DNA of 64,000 nt, from NCBI GenBank assembly GCA_947167125.1, contig CAMVGT010000006.1, positions 14,191 to 78,190 of the forward strand. Reading direction: 5' to 3'. This stretch comes from an uncultured Erysipelotrichaceae bacterium. GTDB taxonomy: Bacteria; Bacillota_I; Bacilli_A; Erysipelotrichales; Erysipelotrichaceae. Under the pieces are notes generated by a model. That model worked only from the letters and a program-made list of their open reading frames with translations, did not search any database and was not told where the DNA came from. The position numbers and the translations under genes were made by a program. Positions 41,014 to 53,069 of the stretch are shown in pieces. Position 1 is the first letter of the stretch; every line of letters begins with the position of its first letter.

Positions 41014-42447
41014 ATGAGTTTTACCCACATGTTTAAAAAGACGAAGGTAATCTGCACCATCGGACCGAGTTCAGAGAATCCCAAAACGATTCAGGAACTT
41101 GCCGAAGCAGGCATGAACATTACCCGTCTGAACTTTTCCCACGGAACCTATGAGGAACATAAAGCAAGAATCGAGATGATCCGGAAGGTATCCGATCAGT
41201 GCGGTATTTCACTTGCGGTTGCCCTTGATACAAAGGGACCGGAAATCCGTCTGGGAAATTTCGTCAATGATGAAGAAATGTATGAAATCGGGGAAGAGGT
41301 TACTCTGACAAAGGAAGATATTCCCGGTACCCATGAAAGATTTCACATTTCCTGCCCTGAACTGTTTGAAGATCTGAAAGCAGGCAACTATATTCTGATC
41401 AATGACGGCAAGATGAAGCTGACTGTCATTGAAAACAATGGCGAAGAGATGCGCTGCAGCGTTGATGTCGCAGGACCGATCAGCTCCCACAAAGGATGCA
41501 ATGTCCCGGGCGTCAGATTGTCCATGCCGTTTCTTTTCGCGAAGGATAGGGATGATATCCGCTTCGGATGTCAGAATGATGTCGATTTCATCTTCGCCTC
41601 GTTTGTACGCAGGGCGTCGGATGTCCACGCAATCAGAAAGATTCTGATCGAGCAGGGCAAACCGCGCATCAACATCATTGCAAAGATTGAAAACCAGGAA
41701 GGTTTCGATAATGTCGAAGAAATCCTGGAAGCAGCCGACGGCGTCATGGTCGCAAGAGGCGATCTTGGTGTCGAGATTCCGACAATGATGGTTCCTGTAT
41801 ATCAGAAGGCAATCATCCGTCAGGCAAACATGGCCGGCAAACCGGTCATTACCGCAACCCATATGCTGGATTCCATGACCCATAACCCGAGATGCACCAG
41901 AGCCGAAGCGGCCGACGTGTGCAACGCGGTTCTGGATGGATCCGACGGCGTCATGCTCAGTGCTGAAACAGCAGCCGGCGACTATCCAGTTGAAGCATGC
42001 GAAACAATGTCGCAGATTGCGGAAGAAGCGGAAAAGATCCTTCCTTACAGAGAACGCATTGACTGGCTGCGCACCACTTCCAGCAAAACAGTGCAGGATG
42101 TTGTATCCCTGGCCATTGCCGAGACAACTCTGACGCTTGACAATGTCGGCGCAGTCGTTGTATTCACACAGGGCGGAACAACCGCAAGACGGATTTCCAA
42201 ATACCGTCCCAAGGTTCCGATTCTCGCAGTCACATTTACAGAAGATACCCAGCGCAAGCTGGCCAGCTACTGGGGTGTGATTCCGATTCTGTCCGATGTG
42301 CAGAACAACATGACCAATGACGACGATCTTGCAAGTCTGTTTGCCAAGGAATACGGAATCAAAAAAGATTCGCTGATTATCATCTCTGCCGGCTATCCGA
42401 CCGGAGAAGGATCCGCGAACATGATGAAAATTGTCAAAGTCAAATAA
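41014..42447 (+). CDS. pyk: Pyruvate kinase
   Basis: KTKVICTIGP, RLNFSHG, DTKGPEIR, DGVMVARGDLG, DGVMLSAET. Confidence 0.98.
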   Translation: MSFTHMFKKTKVICTIGPSSENPKTIQELAEAGMNITRLNFSHGTYEEHKARIEMIRKVSDQCGISLAVALDTKGPEIRLGNFVNDEEMYEIGEEVTLTKEDIPGTHERFHISCPELFEDLKAGNYILINDGKMKLTVIENNGEEMRCSVDVAGPISSHKGCNVPGVRLSMPFLFAKDRDDIRFGCQNDVDFIFASFVRRASDVHAIRKILIEQGKPRINIIAKIENQEGFDNVEEILEAADGVMVARGDLGVEIPTMMVPVYQKAIIRQANMAGKPVITATHMLDSMTHNPRCTRAEAADVCNAVLDGSDGVMLSAETAAGDYPVEACETMSQIAEEAEKILPYRERIDWLRTTSSKTVQDVVSLAIAETTLTLDNVGAVVVFTQGGTTARRISKYRPKVPILAVTFTEDTQRKLASYWGVIPILSDVQNNMTNDDDLASLFAKEYGIKKDSLIIISAGYPTGEGSANMMKIVKVK

Positions 42448-42474
42448 ATCCTGAACACAGGGTAAGGAGCTTAT

Positions 42475-43101
42475 ATGAGTCAGATCAGAATTGATTATTA
42501 CGGCCATTCCTGCTTCAGAGTTTCCTATGAAGGAAAAAGCGCTGTTTTCGATCCTTATAAGAAAGGCAGTGTTCCCGGTATCGATCTTCCCGAAGGAATC
42601 GAAGCTGACCGCGTTTACTGCTCGCATGAACACGGGGATCACAATGCGAAAGAACTGATTCAGGAAACAGGAAATTCCGATCCCTTCGAAGTTTCATTCC
42701 TTACAGTTCCCCACGACGACGCGGGCGGCAGCCTGCGCGGGATGAACCGGATCACAATGATCAAAGCAGGTCAGTGCACGGTATGCCATATGGGCGATAT
42801 CGGCCGCATGCCGACGGAAGACGAATATGCTGCTTTGAAACAAAGCGATATTGTCATGATTCCGGTCGGCGGCCATTATACGATCGATGCCGTACAGGCA
42901 AAAAAGATCATTGATGAAATCAAACCGGCACTTACAATTCTGATGCATTTCAGAAAAGGAAAGATCGGTTATGATGTCATCGCAGATCTTGATACCGTAC
43001 TGCAGAGCTTCAACGAAACGGAAGTTCTCCCGCAGGGAAGTATCTGCTTTGATGAAGCGGACATTCCCCATAAAGTCATTACCCTTGAACCGATTCAGTA
43101 A
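42475..43101 (+). CDS. MBL-fold Zn-dependent hydrolase
   Basis: YGHSCF, SHEHGDHN, CHMGD, IPVGG, MHF. Confidence 0.85.
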   Translation: MSQIRIDYYGHSCFRVSYEGKSAVFDPYKKGSVPGIDLPEGIEADRVYCSHEHGDHNAKELIQETGNSDPFEVSFLTVPHDDAGGSLRGMNRITMIKAGQCTVCHMGDIGRMPTEDEYAALKQSDIVMIPVGGHYTIDAVQAKKIIDEIKPALTILMHFRKGKIGYDVIADLDTVLQSFNETEVLPQGSICFDEADIPHKVITLEPIQ

Positions 43102-43140
43102 AAAAGAAGATGCGGTCAGACAGCTGACCGCATCTTTTTA
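43101..43140. terminator. Bidirectional terminator
   Basis: AAGATGCGGTCAG-acag-CTGACCGCATCTT with flanking A and T runs, between convergent genes. Confidence 0.9.
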
Positions 43141-44457
43141 TTATGGTCTGATCGTTCCGTATTGCGAACAGGCATCGATATGTTCACCTGCAGGAACCGT
43201 CATTTCAAATCCGGCGTCTTTGGAAAAGATCATGACGATATCGCTGCCGCCGAACAGGAAATAGCCGAGCGGATCGCCTTTCTTTACTTCTGCACCCGGC
43301 ACAACCGTGCTTTCAAAATTCACGGAAGAAACTTCGCACATGCGGACCGGCACAATTGCGCAGAGCGCACCGCTTTCCGTTTTTACAATGACGGCTCCTC
43401 TTGTTTCAATTGACTGCCATCCGAACACTTCCGAAAAATATTCTTTATAGCGCTGCTGCTCTTCATCCCATACAATCACGCCGCCCGGCGCGTCATCCTG
43501 CGGGATGAGAAGAACTTCTTCAACCGTGCCGCTGACCGGGAAGTGATAGCGGTGGTAATCGTTGATATCCAGGAAGGTATGGGTGAGTGTACCCGACGCA
43601 AACGCATTTGCATACTGACTTCCTTTGATAAGAACCGAAACATCCGTCAATGTGCCGGTTTTGATCGCAATGCCGTGATCATCTTCAATCTCATCCATGA
43701 TGATCCGGCTGTTTTCATCAATCTGCCAGATTCCCTGGGGAACCGAATCGGCAGGGGATATCACATAAGATTCATTGCCTTCTTCATATACAGGACGTTT
43801 TGAAGGATCGCTCAGTTTTCTTGCAAAGAAGTCATTGAATGTCTTCCAGTTTTTATGATCTTCAAACAGATCCCCATCCAGATGGAAATCGGGATTGGAC
43901 AGGGCATTCTGATAGAATTCATCCTTCCAGGAAGCTTCGGTATTCAAAAATGCACCCCACTCGGATGTGAACTGTATCAGCCAGCTGCGGAAGGGTTCAT
44001 GATACATGATGGAATTATGATAATAGCCTTTGTCTTGGAGTTCTTCCAGCGGCTGATCGCAGACAAAATAGAAACATCCCATTGACTGGTCAATGCGGTC
44101 ATATAAGCTGACATGTTCTTTGGAAGGGTTGATTTCCCATGGCAGGGCTTTGATGCAGAAATCGATGAAGCTGTATTAGGATTCCAGGGAATCCACCGGA
44201 TTGGTCTGCGGATCGGGATTCTGCGCTGCCGCCTGGACAATGGACTTTTCCAGAAGATGTTTTAATTCCGCATCATGATCAACAATCTGAATCAGATCCC
44301 ACGTGATTTCTTCATGGCTTTCATCGCGGATCTGATCGGTTGTAAAATCTGCTGTCTTTTCTGTATGTTCATCCGGTTTTACAGCTGCTTTGCACGATGA
44401 TCAGAAAGCAAGAGAAAGAATCATAAGAATGCGGAATGGTTTTCTCAGATGTTTCAT
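43141..44457 (-). pseudogene. Lipoprotein phosphatidylserine-decarboxylase-family gene with two in-frame stops
   Basis: One frame from ATG 44457 (SD AAAGGAA): MKHLRKPFRILMILSLAF*SSC...SLES*YSFID...; TGA 44401-44403, TAA 44176-44178. Downstream part has FNDFFARKL, ISPADS, YHRYHFPV, GYFLFGGSD. Confidence 0.8.
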
Positions 44458-44475
44458 GGTTGATTTCCTTTCATG

Positions 44476-44500
44476 AAAAAAGGGATCCCGCGGGATCCCT
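44476..44500 (-). terminator. rnj terminator
   Basis: Perfect 20-bp palindrome AGGGATCCCGCGGGATCCCT followed by T-run on the minus strand. Confidence 0.8.
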
Positions 44501-44507
44501 GATATGT

Positions 44508-46334
44508 TTACTGACTTGTTCTGCGGGGACGTCCGACCGGTCTTGTTTTGCCCTGTGATTTTGCCTGGATTTCGGCGATTGCCGCTTTCTGATTCAGAAT
44601 GACAGGAATGACGATCGGGTTGCGGTTGGTTCTCTGGAACAGGAACGGTTCAAGAGAGGAGCGGATGCAGTTTTTAAGTTCACCGAATGTTGTACGCTGC
44701 TGCATCTTTTTCTTCAGTGAATCATAGACAATCAGTTCCGCTTCCTTGAGCAGAGTCTGCGAATCCTTGATGAAGACGAAGCCTCTGGACACGATGGAAG
44801 GACGGCAGAGAATCTTGTTGTAGCGGGAGTCGATTGTGACAATGACCGCCACCAGACCGTTTTCCGCAAGGATCTTGCGGTCCTTGATGACGCTGGTGGA
44901 AAGGCCGCTGGCATCGTTGCCGTCGACATAGATCGCGTCAGTCTGCACTCTTTCATTTGCGATGAAGCATTCTTCATCACGGAGAACGACGATATCGCCG
45001 TTGGAGCAGATCAGGCAGTGGTCTTCTTCAATGCCGGTGAGCTGCGCGGTCTGAGAATGCTGGACAAGCATCTTGTATTCGCCATGGTTCGGCATGAAGT
45101 ATTTCGGCTTGATCAGATTCAGCATCAGCTTCTGTTCTTCCTGCGGTGCGTGACCGGTTGTATGGAAGGATGTCAGCGGAGAGTTTGTGACAACATTTGC
45201 ACCGACTCTTGTCAGCTGGTTGATGACGCCGCCGACCGATACGCCGTTGCCGGGAATCGGGTTGGAGGAGAACAGAACAGTATCGCCCGGAATGATCCGG
45301 ATGAATTTATGGGTTCCGTTGGCAATTCTGCTCAATGCGGCCATCGGTTCGCCCTGGCTGCCGGTGCATACGATGCAGATCTTGTTGGGCGGCAGGGTAT
45401 TAAGTTCATTGCCGGTGATAAAGGAACTGTCAGGAATGTTGATGACGCCGTTGCGTCTGCCGATTTCACAGACATTTTCCATTGAACGGCCGAAGACCGC
45501 GACTTTTCTTCCGCATGCGACTGCGGCTTCCAGAATCTGGTTGAGACGCAGGACGTTGGACGCGAATGTGGAAACGAGAAGTCTTCCCGGGGTCTTGCGC
45601 ATCTGTTCATTGATCGCAAGGGCAACCTGACGCTCGGAAATCGAGAAGCCGGGAACCGAGGAGTTTGTCGAGTCGCTCATTAACAATGTGACGCCGGCCT
45701 GACCCATGAATGCCATTTTCTGGTAGTCGCTGTTTCTGCCGACCGGGGTGAGATCGAATTTGAAGTCGCCGGTTTCGACGATTCTGCCGTTTGGTGTATT
45801 GATCAGGACACCGAGTGAATCCGGGATGGAGTGAACGGTGTCGAAGAAGCCGATGTTGAAATACTGTGTTTTCACACGGCTGTCGGAATTGATTTCAATG
45901 ACTTTGCAGGAGCGGGAAAGACGGTGCTCCTCAAGTTTCTTTTCAATTAAAGCTTTGGCAAAACGGGGCGCGTAGATTTCTTTCAGACGGACTGACCTAA
46001 GAAAGAACGGGATACCGCCGATATGATCTTCGTGACCGTGGGTGATGATCAGAGCTTTGACTTTGTCATGGTTCTTGACAAGGTAGGAATAATCCGGGAT
46101 GACATAGTCAACACCCAGAAGATCTTCTTCCGGGAATTTCACGCCGCAGTCAACAATGACAATCTCGTTGTCATGTTCAAAGCAGTACATATTTTTGCCG
46201 ATTTCGCCAAGTCCGCCGAGCGCATAAACAAGCGTGTCGGTGGAATGATGAATGATGCCGGCATTAAACGAGTCGGCAACATCAGAATAGCGGACGGCCT
46301 GCTGGGTCCTTCTTCCGTTATTAAGTTCAGACAT
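44508..46334 (-). CDS. rnj: Ribonuclease J
   Basis: GGLGEIGKNM, ITHGHEDHIGG, TGDFKFD, STFASN, GSQGEP, HTTGH, PNHGE. Confidence 0.97.
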   Translation of the reverse strand: MSELNNGRRTQQAVRYSDVADSFNAGIIHHSTDTLVYALGGLGEIGKNMYCFEHDNEIVIVDCGVKFPEEDLLGVDYVIPDYSYLVKNHDKVKALIITHGHEDHIGGIPFFLRSVRLKEIYAPRFAKALIEKKLEEHRLSRSCKVIEINSDSRVKTQYFNIGFFDTVHSIPDSLGVLINTPNGRIVETGDFKFDLTPVGRNSDYQKMAFMGQAGVTLLMSDSTNSSVPGFSISERQVALAINEQMRKTPGRLLVSTFASNVLRLNQILEAAVACGRKVAVFGRSMENVCEIGRRNGVINIPDSSFITGNELNTLPPNKICIVCTGSQGEPMAALSRIANGTHKFIRIIPGDTVLFSSNPIPGNGVSVGGVINQLTRVGANVVTNSPLTSFHTTGHAPQEEQKLMLNLIKPKYFMPNHGEYKMLVQHSQTAQLTGIEEDHCLICSNGDIVVLRDEECFIANERVQTDAIYVDGNDASGLSTSVIKDRKILAENGLVAVIVTIDSRYNKILCRPSIVSRGFVFIKDSQTLLKEAELIVYDSLKKKMQQRTTFGELKNCIRSSLEPFLFQRTNRNPIVIPVILNQKAAIAEIQAKSQGKTRPVGRPRRTSQ

Positions 46335-46417
46335 TATGGTTCGTTACCTCATTTCTGTGAGTGATTTACTTTTTAATATTATAGCAAAAAGAAAGCCCCG
46401 GTTGAAGGGGATCATTG

Positions 46418-46984
46418 TTAAATCTCCATGGCACCGGGTACTTCTTTGAATGGATTCTTTGCGTCGATATGATCGTAGAAGAGCGTTCCTTTGAAGTGGT
46501 CCAGCTCATGCTGGAGAACGATTGCGAGATATCCCTGGGCACGGATTTCGATATTCTGATCCGTGAGCAGATCATATGCACGCACTTTCACACGGGCGCT
46601 GCGGACGACATATCCTTCATGTTCATTGACAACCGAGAGACAGCCTTCTCCGCTTGACAGGTAAGCTTTCTGGACCGAGGAGGAGACAATCTTCGGATTG
46701 ACCAGCATGAATTCCCAGCGGATGGGATTTCCGTTTTTATCCTGGTCATCGACGACGATCGCTGTCATCTTCTTCGGTACGCCGACCTGAATGGCGCTGA
46801 TTCCCACAGCCGGGCGCAGATTCAGTTTTTCCGCTTTCTCCTCATCCGTGGAATCGACCACATACTGATACATATCACGCAGAAGCTGTTCGTCCTCTTT
46901 GGAAAGAGGAAGGGGAACATCTTCGGAAATCTGACGGATTCTTTCATCCGTGTCTTTGATGATTGTGTCATTATTGATCAGCAT
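46418..46984 (-). CDS. def: Peptide deformylase
   Basis: VGISAIQVG, EGCLSV, QHELDH. Confidence 0.96.
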   Translation of the reverse strand: MLINNDTIIKDTDERIRQISEDVPLPLSKEDEQLLRDMYQYVVDSTDEEKAEKLNLRPAVGISAIQVGVPKKMTAIVVDDQDKNGNPIRWEFMLVNPKIVSSSVQKAYLSSGEGCLSVVNEHEGYVVRSARVKVRAYDLLTDQNIEIRAQGYLAIVLQHELDHFKGTLFYDHIDAKNPFKEVPGAMEI

Positions 46985-47097
46985 TGCAATTTACCTCGGT
47001 GAATATTCTAGCAGAATCAATGATAATGTCAAAGGCTATCCTTAATATGTGCAAAGCTTTGTTCAGTGTCCTTTTGTTCTGTGATAAAATGCTTCAT

Positions 47098-48348
47098 ATG
47101 ACAACCTTATCCGTTAAGAAAAAACCCGCTGCGAAAAAGCGGAATATGAAACTGATCCGTCTGATCAGGGATATGATTCTGATGCCCAAAGGCTTTGACG
47201 GCCTGATTTACCTCTGTATGATCGGTCTTGCGCTGTTCGGCACAATCATGGTCGGCAGCGCGACAATGGGAATCAAGACCGGCAATTCGCTGTATCTGGC
47301 ATTCACGATTATCAAGCAGATCGTATTTGCGGTGCTGGGATATATCATGATGGCGCTTCTTGCCAACCGGTTTCAATTGAAATGGCTTAAATCGCGGAAT
47401 TTCGTTTCTGTGATCATCCTCACCTTCATCGCTCTGTTTGCATGTCTTGCATTCAAGCCGACCAGCAACGCGCATGCATGGCTGCGTGCGTCGATCGGCG
47501 GCATGGAAGTCACGATCCAGCCGTCCGAGTTCGCCAAGATCATCGCAATGTTAATCGTTGCGGCATATTGCGGCGATGTGAAAAGGGAATATAAAAACTG
47601 GTTTGAAATGACCCGTGTGCCGATTATGTTCTGCGGCGGTCTCTTCGCTGTTGTCCTGCTTGTGCAGTCCGACTTCGGCTCCGCGCTTGTCATTTTCTTA
47701 ATCACCTGCATCTGTTTCCTGATTCCGGAACATAAGAATATGTACAATTTCCAGCGTGTGCTGAAGATACTGTTCTGGCTCTCGGTTGCCTTTGCGGTCT
47801 ATCTGCTTTCACCGATGGGCGAACATATGATTGAAGGCTTCGATTTCCTGAAGGATTATCAGAAGGAACGCTTCCTTTCCGCATTCAATCCGTTTGCGGA
47901 TCCGTACGGAAACAGCTATCAGCTGATCAACGGTCTGATTTCATTTTCAACCGGCGGGTGGCTGGGAACCGGATTCGGCAGCTCAGTCAGAAAATATACA
48001 AATTTTCCGGCTGCCAATACCGACTATATTCTCGCGATTGTAGTGGAGGAATTAGGCTATGCGGGATTCTGCTTCCTGATGCTTCTATACTGCACGATCA
48101 TTTTCCAGCTGTTCCGCCATGCGACGAGGATCAAAAGCGAAAAGGCCAGGATTATCCTGATCGGCACGGCGATGTATCTTATGGTGCATATGTTCTTCAA
48201 TATCGGCGGGGTTACGGGACTTGTGCCTCTGACCGGTATTCCGCTGCTGATGATTTCCGCAGGCGGTTCCTCGACGATGAGCTTTATGATGGCAGTCGGC
48301 ATTTCCCAGGCTGTTATCTCCGCCTATCGCAGAGGTGAAATTCAATGA
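47098..48348 (+). CDS. ftsW: FtsW/RodA/SpoVE SEDS protein
   Basis: IQPSEFAK, QSDFGS, DP..NSYQ, P.ANTDYI, TGIPL..ISAGGSS. Confidence 0.9.
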   Translation: MTTLSVKKKPAAKKRNMKLIRLIRDMILMPKGFDGLIYLCMIGLALFGTIMVGSATMGIKTGNSLYLAFTIIKQIVFAVLGYIMMALLANRFQLKWLKSRNFVSVIILTFIALFACLAFKPTSNAHAWLRASIGGMEVTIQPSEFAKIIAMLIVAAYCGDVKREYKNWFEMTRVPIMFCGGLFAVVLLVQSDFGSALVIFLITCICFLIPEHKNMYNFQRVLKILFWLSVAFAVYLLSPMGEHMIEGFDFLKDYQKERFLSAFNPFADPYGNSYQLINGLISFSTGGWLGTGFGSSVRKYTNFPAANTDYILAIVVEELGYAGFCFLMLLYCTIIFQLFRHATRIKSEKARIILIGTAMYLMVHMFFNIGGVTGLVPLTGIPLLMISAGGSSTMSFMMAVGISQAVISAYRRGEIQ

Positions 48349-48896
48349 GAATCATCGCCGGTGAATACCGCAGCCGCAGAATTGAAACGCCTGCCGGCAT
48401 GAATACAAGACCCACGCTGGACAAAGTGCGCGAAGCTGTATTCTCAGTGCTCGGCGGCAGCTTTGAAGGCGGTGCATTTCTCGATCTTTATGCAGGCAGC
48501 GGCGCAAACGGGCTTGAAGCTCTTTCAAGAGGAATGGATTCTGCCGTATTTGTCGATAAGGACAGAAGGGCAATCAGTGCGATCCGGAACAACATCGGTT
48601 CCCTGCAGTGCAGAGAGCGTACATCTGTTCTCTGCATGGCAGATACCAAAGCGCTGCAGCTGCTTCGGGATGAAAACCGGAAGTTTTCGGTAATTTACCT
48701 TGATCCGCCTTATGCAAAGCAGAAGAATGAACAGATTCTGCAGATGATCAATGATTATGATCTGCTTGAAAAAGACGGATGGGCGGTCATTGAATCGCTG
48801 AAGGAAGATACATTCACAAAGGAATATGAACATCTTGTCTATGAAAAGGACAGGGTTTACGGAATCAGCCGCATTACATATTACAAAGGAAGATAA
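48345..48896 (+). CDS. rsmD: 16S rRNA m2G966 methyltransferase
   Basis: MRIIAG, TRPT.DKVRE, DLYAGSG, YLDPPY. Confidence 0.95.
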   Translation: MRIIAGEYRSRRIETPAGMNTRPTLDKVREAVFSVLGGSFEGGAFLDLYAGSGANGLEALSRGMDSAVFVDKDRRAISAIRNNIGSLQCRERTSVLCMADTKALQLLRDENRKFSVIYLDPPYAKQKNEQILQMINDYDLLEKDGWAVIESLKEDTFTKEYEHLVYEKDRVYGISRITYYKGR

Positions 48897-48899
48897 AAT

Positions 48900-49406
48900 A
48901 TGAAAGCATGTTATCCCGGTACATTCGATCCGATCACCAAAGGGCATCTCGATATCATCGAAAGAGCTGCTTCCGTTTTTGATGAACTGGATGTTGTTCT
49001 CATGGTCAACCCGAGAAAGAAATGTCTGTTTGACGCTGAAGAGCGCAAGCAGATGATTGAGGAAAGCATTGCGTCCCTCGGCACGCTGCATAATGTCAAA
49101 GTTGTCATCGGCGAAGGCCTGACGGTTGATTTTGCCAGAAAGACCGGTGCCAAGGCGATTGTCAGAGGCATCCGCGCGGTTACCGATTACGAATATGAAC
49201 TGCAGCAGGCGACTGCCAATATGATGCTGGCGCCGGATATTGAAACGATGTTCTTCATCGCCAAGCCGGAATATTCATTCCTGTCTTCTTCCGTTGTCAA
49301 GGAAATCGCGCTGAACGACGGCGATATCTCGGCAATGGTTCCGGAAGATACGGTCAAAGAGGTCATGAACGCGATGGCAGGAAAAAAGGATATCCTGAAA
49401 AAGTAA
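48900..49406 (+). CDS. coaD: Pantetheine-phosphate adenylyltransferase
   Basis: YPGTFDPITKGHLDII, RGIRAVTDYEYE, LSSS.VKE. Confidence 0.97.
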   Translation: MKACYPGTFDPITKGHLDIIERAASVFDELDVVLMVNPRKKCLFDAEERKQMIEESIASLGTLHNVKVVIGEGLTVDFARKTGAKAIVRGIRAVTDYEYELQQATANMMLAPDIETMFFIAKPEYSFLSSSVVKEIALNDGDISAMVPEDTVKEVMNAMAGKKDILKK

Positions 49407-49423
49407 TATTCTGCTTCATCCTT

Positions 49424-49447
49424 GCGGGACCTTCGGGTTCCGCTTTT
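49424..49447 (+). terminator. Terminator after coaD
   Basis: GCGGGACC-ttcg-GGTTCCGC followed by TTTT. Confidence 0.8.
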
Positions 49448-49458
49448 AATTTGTGTTT

Positions 49459-49485
49459 TTAGCACTTTGATATTGACAGTGCTAA
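49459..49485. promoter_or_regulatory. CIRCE element 1, containing the -35 TTGACA
   Basis: TTAGCACT-t-N9-c-AGTGCTAA versus consensus TTAGCACTC-N9-GAGTGCTAA. TTGACA 49473-49478; -10 TAATAT 49496-49501. Confidence 0.9.
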
Positions 49486-49502
49486 ACTGATGCCGTAATA
49501 TA

Positions 49503-49529
49503 TTAGCAGGCATAAAGACAGAGTGCTAA
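49503..49529. promoter_or_regulatory. CIRCE element 2
   Basis: TTAGCAggC-ataaagaca-GAGTGCTAA, directly upstream of the hrcA SD. Confidence 0.85.
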
Positions 49530-49542
49530 AGGAGGTTGTGAA

Positions 49543-50565
49543 ATGCTGACGCCGAGACGAATCGAGATATTCAAAGCGATTGTGGATGAATTTATCAAGA
49601 CGGCGGAACCGGTCGGATCCAAGACCCTTCAGCAGAAGTACAAGCTCCAGTATTCCAGCGCTACAATCCGCAATGATATGCAGGCACTGGAGGAAATGGG
49701 GTATCTGGAAAAGACACATACTTCCAGCGGACGGGTACCGAGCACGCTCGGATACAAGTTCTACTGCGAACATCTTCTGAACAACTCATCGATTGACAAG
49801 AAGATGGAAATCGCAATTAAGGAAGCATTCGATGCCAGCAACATGAATGTCGAGGAGGCGGTTCATCTGTCCTGCAGCATTCTTTCCGAAATGACGAATA
49901 TGACCAGCGGCGCGATCGGACCTGATTCCAGAACGCAGAAGCTGGAACATATCAAGCTGTTTCAGCTGGACGGAAGAAACGCGGTCTGTGTATTTATCAC
50001 AAACACCGGGCATACCGAAACCAAGACATTCCATTTCGATGAAGACATTCCTTACGAGGACATCGAATCCTGTACCGAAATCCTCAACGAGAAGCTGCGG
50101 GGAACACCGATCACCGAACTGCCGAGAAAGATGGAATACATCAAGCCGGCACTCAGTGGGGTTGTCCAGCGCCATGATCTTCTCTTTACCGCATTTGTCA
50201 AAGCATTCATCAAGTTCGCCGGTGAAAATGTTTATTTCTCCGGAAAGGACAAGATGCTTTACCAGCCGGAATTTGAAGACATTGACAAACTGAAGCAGCT
50301 GATGACGATGTTTGAGGATCCGACGGTCTGGACAAGAATGGACGAAGATGAAAACAACCTGGCTGTGACAACCGAACGGGGAGCGCAGCTGACATGGGTC
50401 AATGACCTGGCGGTGGTAAGATCGAAGTTCTATGTCAAAGGAAACGAGAGCGGCGAGCTGATGGTTGTCGGACCGAGCAGAATGAATTACGACAAAATCA
50501 TCGGCATGCTGGACTACGCGGCAAGGATGATCGAAAAAATGTACAGCAGCGGAGGTGATGACTGA
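49543..50565 (+). CDS. hrcA: Heat-inducible transcription repressor
   Basis: IVDEFIKTAEPVGSK, SSATIRNDM..LEE.GYL...HTSSGRVPS, VVGPSRMNY. Confidence 0.97.
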   Translation: MLTPRRIEIFKAIVDEFIKTAEPVGSKTLQQKYKLQYSSATIRNDMQALEEMGYLEKTHTSSGRVPSTLGYKFYCEHLLNNSSIDKKMEIAIKEAFDASNMNVEEAVHLSCSILSEMTNMTSGAIGPDSRTQKLEHIKLFQLDGRNAVCVFITNTGHTETKTFHFDEDIPYEDIESCTEILNEKLRGTPITELPRKMEYIKPALSGVVQRHDLLFTAFVKAFIKFAGENVYFSGKDKMLYQPEFEDIDKLKQLMTMFEDPTVWTRMDEDENNLAVTTERGAQLTWVNDLAVVRSKFYVKGNESGELMVVGPSRMNYDKIIGMLDYAARMIEKMYSSGGDD

Positions 50566-50567
50566 AC

Positions 50568-52998
<2,431 letters not shown>

Positions 52999-53010
52999 AA
53001 CGAATAATCA

Positions 53011-53046
53011 CGGAATGCGGAATTGGGTAAATAATTCCGCATTCTG
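53011..53046 (+). other. Intercistronic stem-loop between dnaK and dnaJ (partial terminator or mRNA stabiliser)
   Basis: GAATGCGGAATT-gggtaaat-AATTCCGCATTC with a weak U tail. Confidence 0.65.
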
Positions 53047-53069
53047 TTTACCAGGAAAGGCAGGCAGTG

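Noticed and set aside
41209-42642. 477-aa antisense ORF over pyk, plus similar long antisense ORFs over trmFO, xerC, hrcA-grpE, dnaK and clpB
   Set aside because: Shadow frames produced by the codon bias of highly conserved sense genes. They have no SD, motifs or plausible composition.
44176-44403. Stop-codon recoding (Sec/Trp/Gln) to explain the in-frame stops in the PSD-like gene
   Set aside because: Both TGA and TAA end ordinary genes throughout the window, two different stops would need recoding, and no SECIS-like hairpin was recognised. Nonsense mutation is simpler.
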